A DNA stretch of 63,411 bases, the filler included, from Ministeria vibrans ATCC 50519 (taxonomy: Eukaryota > Protista > Filasterea): NCBI GenBank assembly GCA_943704425.1. It is 9 parts of 9 records of this genome, joined end to end, with 100 filler letters (N's around TTAATTAATTAA, not from the genome) between each part and the next. Parts side by side here need not be neighbours in the genome. Positions count along the whole stretch, not along the records: positions 56,969 to 60,373 come from CALSCP010000351.1; positions 60,474 to 62,133 come from CALSCP010001707.1; positions 62,234 to 63,411 come from CALSCP010001738.1; 6 more parts are not named here. One strand, written 5' to 3'. A model generated the notes under the pieces. It was not told where the DNA came from. It saw only the letters and a list, made by a program, of their open reading frames with translations, and made no database searches. This document shows positions 57,018 through 63,411 of the stretch, in pieces (position 1 is the first letter of the stretch; each line of letters begins with the position of its first letter). Made by a program: the position numbers and the translations under genes.

Positions 57018-57083
57018 GTGATGTGTATTGGGGGGTGTATGGAGAGGTGTGGCCATGGCTTACCTTCTTCCTGTCTGCCGTAG

Positions 57084-57993
57084 ATACGACTTCAACTATC
57101 CGATCACACTGACTGCGTCGCACATGATCTTCTGCAATATCCTCTCCTTTATTTCCTTGAACTATTTCTTCGAGAGGGGTCTGGTCATCCCCAAACGAGA
57201 GGTGCTCTATCGCGTTGCGCTTTTAGCATTCGTCTTCTGCGTCAGTGTCACAGCAGGTACCAACCAACCTGTTGAGATATGTTGTTCTTCTTCGACCGCT
57301 CTCTCTCACTCTCGTCGTTTCTGTGTCTCCAGGTAACATTGCGCTCCGGTTTATTTTCCCGTCATTTGCGCAAATGATCGGGGCAACGACTCCGCTGGTG
57401 ACGGTGTTCCTGGACCGGCTGATTCGGCAAAAGCATCACGGCACACTGGTCTATGTGGCGATGGTGCCCCTTTCACTCGGGTGCATTCTGTGTGTCAAGG
57501 GCGAAATCAACTTTCATTGGGTTGGGTTTCTGTCGCTGATTATTGCGACAGTCATGCGCGGCCTCAAGAGTGTGCTGGGCGGGCTTCTTCTGACAGGTAT
57601 GGTCGAGAGAGTATGGTTGTGTGAGTGTCACGCAAGGTCACACACTCTTTTGTCTGTGTGTGTTTCAGGATCGGACCAACTGGACTCGATGACGCTGTTG
57701 TTCCTGATGAGCTGCGTGTCGGGTGTGCTTTTGTCTGTTCTGGCGCTCTTTGTTGAGGCTCCTTTCATCTACTCTGAGCCCTTCAACGATCAAGCCTGGC
57801 TCTTTGTCGTGCTCTCCTCTTTTGTCTCCTTCTTTCTCAATCTTGTACGGCCAACCTAACCTGTAGTGACACTCACTCAATCAATTCTATCGCTTTGTTC
57901 TTTTCTTGTTCTCTCTCTCTCTCTCTCTCTCTCTATCACTTTGTTTCTTTCTCCCCCTCCTCTCTCTCTCTATCACTTTGTTTCTTTCTCCCC

Positions 57994-58061
<68 letters not shown>

Positions 58062-58339
58062 CTTTTTTTTTCCATTCTTTTTTTTTCCTCTCTGGCTTAG
58101 ATGAACTTCCTTGTGACGTTCTACACCTCGCCTGTGACACTGAGTGTGCTGGGCAACATCAAGGTACACTGCGCTGTCCTTAGCATCCGACTTTCCTTAC
58201 CCCTCCCTGTTAGGTGATTATTGCGATTGTGGTGTCGCTGATCATCTTCCAGAATGGGATGAGTCCGCTTGCTGGTCTGGGCTGCCTCATCACTCTCTCA
58301 GGCGCCTTCCTCTACAATCACGCAGCTCGCCAGAAGTAG
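57084..58339 (+). CDS. Triose-phosphate/nucleotide-sugar transporter family (SLC35E/TPT); 5' partial, multi-exon
   Basis: FNYPITLTASHM, GNIALRFIFPSFAQMIGATTP, GEINFHWVG, MRGLKSVL, TSPVTLSVLGNIK. Confidence 0.88.
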
Positions 58340-58552
58340 AGCCTGCCCTCACTATTTTATTTCTTCTCGCACTCGCCTACTGTTACTTTTTCACACTCAC
58401 TCACTGTTGCTCTCCCAGTCGTACTCGCTCACTCTTTCTTGTCACTATCGCTTGTGTAATCATAATGATAATAATTATTAATGAGACTGAATATTGGTCT
58501 TTTTTTTCATTTTGTGTCATTTTCGTGGACTTGTCGCTTCCGTCACTCGTGA

Positions 58553-59983
58553 TTAGGTGATGGTGAAGGAAGTAGTGCCCTGATCGTACGTGGACGAGTG
58601 GGGGTCTAAAAAAAATAATAAAAAGAAGAGTGAGTGGGCGGAGTTGGTAAGTAAGTGGCTTACGGTGGGAGCCGCATTCTCCTTCGCACTACGACAGACA
58701 AAGCCAAGCAGTTAAAAAGAGAGAAAGAGAAAGAGAAAGGAAGAAAGAAAGGAAAAAGAAACAAAGTGATAGAGAGAGGGAGTGAGTGAAGAGAGACTGT
58801 GAATGTGAGTTCTATGGAGGTTGTCTTACAATAGCCAGCTCAACGGGGTATTCGCCCGACAGCCAGTCCTCACACGGGCCCTGAATGGGATTGCTAACAA
58901 AGTACCACACACACAGAGAGACAGACAATGAGTCAGGCCGTCTGAGTCAAAGTCTCGGTCGTACCAGTGGGGATCGCGCTCCGCCTTGACAGTGTACTTG
59001 ATGCCGTACTTGCCTGGCTTGCTCATGTCCATGTAGTGGTTCTCGCCCACCTGCACATGGTCAACCGTCTTGATCGCCATGTCGATCTCGCCGGGGCCTG
59101 TTCCGTTTTTGCTCTCGTAGTCCTATGGTAAAGTGTGAGTGCCGACACGTAGGATGTAGTAGCGTACCATTTCAATGGTGAAGACGGTGCCGTACGGACC
59201 CGAGGGAGGCGTGACGGTGAACGAGACAATCGTGGCATCACCATAGTCGAAGGTGGGGCACTTGTCGAGGAGCTGGCAGTAGTAGAAGGGGTCGAGGTCG
59301 GCCTTCTCAATCGCCTTGATGAACTCTTTGATTCCCTCGTAGTCGCACACCAGGTTGCAGATGAAGCCAATGTCGTGGCTTGTGCGGTTAGAGAGCTCAC
59401 TGTGTGGTAGTGAAGCAGTGTGTCAAAAAAAAGAAAAGAATCTCTGTCTCTGTCTGTTTGTTTCAGTTTCTCTGTTTGTCTGTCTGTCTGTCTTTGTCTC
59501 TGTTTGTCTCTCTCTCTCTCTGTGTGTCTCTCTGGCGTTACCCGCAGACCGTCCCACACGTCTGGACAATTCCTTTGTTGAGAATCTCATTCAGAAGAAC
59601 GTTCAGAGCCACACCAGCATACTCCACGCTGCGGTATCAGCACGTCAGCATGGTGCACATTAATGCGATCTATGTTGCCTTACCAAAGAGGGCACTGGTT
59701 CAGCTATTGCAGAATGAGAGAGAGAGAGAGAGAGAGAGAAAGAAAGAAAGAAAGAAAAAAAATATAAAACGTGAATGACAGCTGAAGGAATAGACAGACA
59801 CACCTCAGGCTGGGTGGGCTGCACACCAGTGGTAGCAGACACAAGCTTGGGGGCGGTGGGCATGGCGGAGGCGCATGCGAGGAGCGCAGCAACGACAAGA
59901 GCGAAAGAGAGCTACAGAGACGCACAGGGTGACGCCGGGGCGGGGCATGCATCACACACACGCACCACGCACCGTACCTTCAT
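58553..59983 (-). CDS. Countin-family secreted saposin-like protein; many small exons
   Basis: Signal peptide; LNQCPLC-VEYAGVALNVLLNEILNKGIVQTCGTVCG; ICNLVCDYEGIKEFIKAIEKADLDPFYYCQLLDKCPTFDYGDATIVSFTVTPPSGPYGTVF. Confidence 0.8.
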
Positions 59984-60132
59984 TGCTGGATGGGCCAATT
60001 AAAATTTAAAAGAGTGTATTTACTATCACAATTGCTTTGGACTTATTAACTTTTAAGTCTTAACTCCCATTCCCCAGATCAAAACTGTGTGAAACGATTA
60101 ACGATTAACGAGTGAGATCAGATTTGGTTGGA

Positions 60133-60373
60133 ATGTCGTCGAGTGGCTCGATCCGACAGGCCCGCATGCGTCTGTCGTGCATCATTGACGAGCAGCGCGC
60201 GTGCCATCGGGCCAGTGTGTCTGCGCTTGTGGTCGACGGCGACTCAGTGGCCACTGCAAGCCGCGACGGCACCGTGCGCGAGTGGGGCCCGGCCTCCAGC
60301 AACAAGGGGGGTCCCTTTGAGTTGGTACTGCAACGTTCAAACAAACTCGCAATTGTGAACTCGTCAAAAAAAA
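60133..60373 (+). CDS. WD40-repeat protein N-terminus (WDR48/UAF1-like); truncated
   Basis: RMRLSCIIDEQRACHRASVSAL...TASRDGTVREW. Confidence 0.55.
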
Positions 60374-60473
60374 NNNNNNNNNNNNNNNNNNNNNNNNNNN
60401 NNNNNNNNNNNNNNNNNTTAATTAATTAANNNNNNNNNNNNNNNNNNNNNNNNNNNNNNNNNNNNNNNNNNNN

Positions 60474-60582
<109 letters not shown>

Positions 60583-60631
60583 CCTCTCTCTTTCGGCCTC
60601 TCTCTCTCGGCCTCTCTCCTCTTGTTGTTAG

Positions 60632-62133
<1,502 letters not shown>

Positions 62134-62233
62134 NNNNNNNNNNNNNNNNNNNNNNNNNNNNNNNNNNNNNNNNNNNNTTAATTAATTAANNNNNNNNNNN
62201 NNNNNNNNNNNNNNNNNNNNNNNNNNNNNNNNN

Positions 62234-62333
<100 letters not shown>

Positions 62334-62371
62334 CTCTATAATATAATTATGGTTAATAAATAGTGTGCTTA

Positions 62372-63175
62372 CGATCATTCCGTCGCCGTGAGTGCGCGGC
62401 ATGTGACGGTTGATGACGCCGATGATGCGCTTGGCGTTGCGCACTGCTGCGTACGTACAATCGACCGCAGTGCCCAGTGTTGTGTACCTGGATTACAGTA
62501 CATTACATTACGGTGCTCTCACACAACACATGGACGTACCCGTGCTTGTCGGGTGGGCTCACTTGGACAAGTGCCACATCGAGCGGCACAACTCCCTTGT
62601 TGAACAACTCAGGGATCTCACTGAGAAACACCGGGGTGAAATCCGCACGTCCCTTGTTCACAGCCTGTCGCACATTACCTCCCATAAACAGGGAGACGCT
62701 TCGAAAGATGCCTTCGCAGTCCTCGTTCAAGAACGGAGCATCTCCCTAAAAATCAACTTAGTCACTGATCGCGCAATCATCGCCGTTTCGCACCTCCAAG
62801 TGAATGTGCACAAGTTTGACGTTCGCAAGACGCTCGGCTTTTCCATACTCGGTGAGTGCCTTGATGGCGCCAAGCGGCGTGGCGGATCCTCCGTGTAAGA
62901 AAACCGTGGAACCTGAAAAAGTAAACTCGATCAGCGGTGCGAGGGAGAAACTGCTTGATGCGCACCCGACTTTACATGGGCAACGGCCTCTTCAACACTG
63001 ACAAGTGGAGGCACTCTGCCTGGAATGCGGTAGAAGGGCTCGACTCTACGGAGAGGCGGTATCAGCGAAGTGCGAGGTTTCCATCGCAGAGTTACGTTTC
63101 GTGAATCCATCGCGAGTTTGCATGCGCTCGAGACGCTCGAGAGCGAATGTGAACCGTAAGTGCTTGTCGAAGCAT
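62372..63175 (-). CDS. Acetyl-CoA hydrolase/CoA-transferase (4-hydroxybutyrate CoA-transferase or ASCT-like) with a mitochondrial-type presequence; 3' truncated
   Basis: MLRQALTVHIRSRASRA; VSVEEAVAHVKSG; LFMGGNVRQAVNKGRADFTPVFLSEIPELF; DVALVQVSPPDKHG; INRHMPRTHGDG. Confidence 0.88.
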
Positions 63176-63411
63176 GACAATGTGAAAAATGCAATAATTA
63201 TATTTGAGAATTCTGAGATCAGTGAGATGAGTGCAGAGTGAGATCGACCAGTTTGGCGCGACTGATCTTTGACCGAACGACATCTCTTTCTTTCACAGAC
63301 TCCAACCCCAGTTACCCCACTTCAACCCGTTTTAGTCTTCAATGTCCCACCCGCCACCGTGACGCGATCCCACGGTTCGCTCATGAATAATAAATACAAT
63401 TAAAAAAAAAA

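Overview
Gene-dense, intron-rich eukaryotic (protist) DNA made of nine separate contigs joined by artificial N44-TTAATTAATTAA-N44 linkers, so adjacency across linkers means nothing. About 31 protein-coding genes or gene fragments can be reconstructed across GT-AG introns, many of which contain microsatellites. Cilium markers (SPEF1, LRRC9) together with an ADAM10/17-type protease, a beta-class arrestin, talin rod domains, a DMPK/MRCK-type kinase N-terminus and countin suggest a flagellated unicellular amorphean, possibly a holozoan; this is inference only. The main finding is a chimeric gene at 24135-28366. It fuses a beta-arrestin (clathrin box LIDLD and AP-2 motif FxxFxxxR retained) in one exon to talin R5-R6-like helical bundles and a C-terminal I/LWEQ actin-binding domain. 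Other notable items: an ADAM protease with a cytoplasmic CUE domain, a near-identical 41-aa armadillo array with hypervariable positions, a bacterial-style caspase-like gene, a fimbrin-ABD/coiled-coil/PH protein, a C2-RhoGAP-EF-hand protein, a pair of membrane-anchored JmjC genes (one lacking an iron ligand), an EGF-TM-SH3 receptor, a dCache-TM-HAMP sensor, and a dispersed intronic repeat. All family calls come from motif recognition by eye; no database searches were run.
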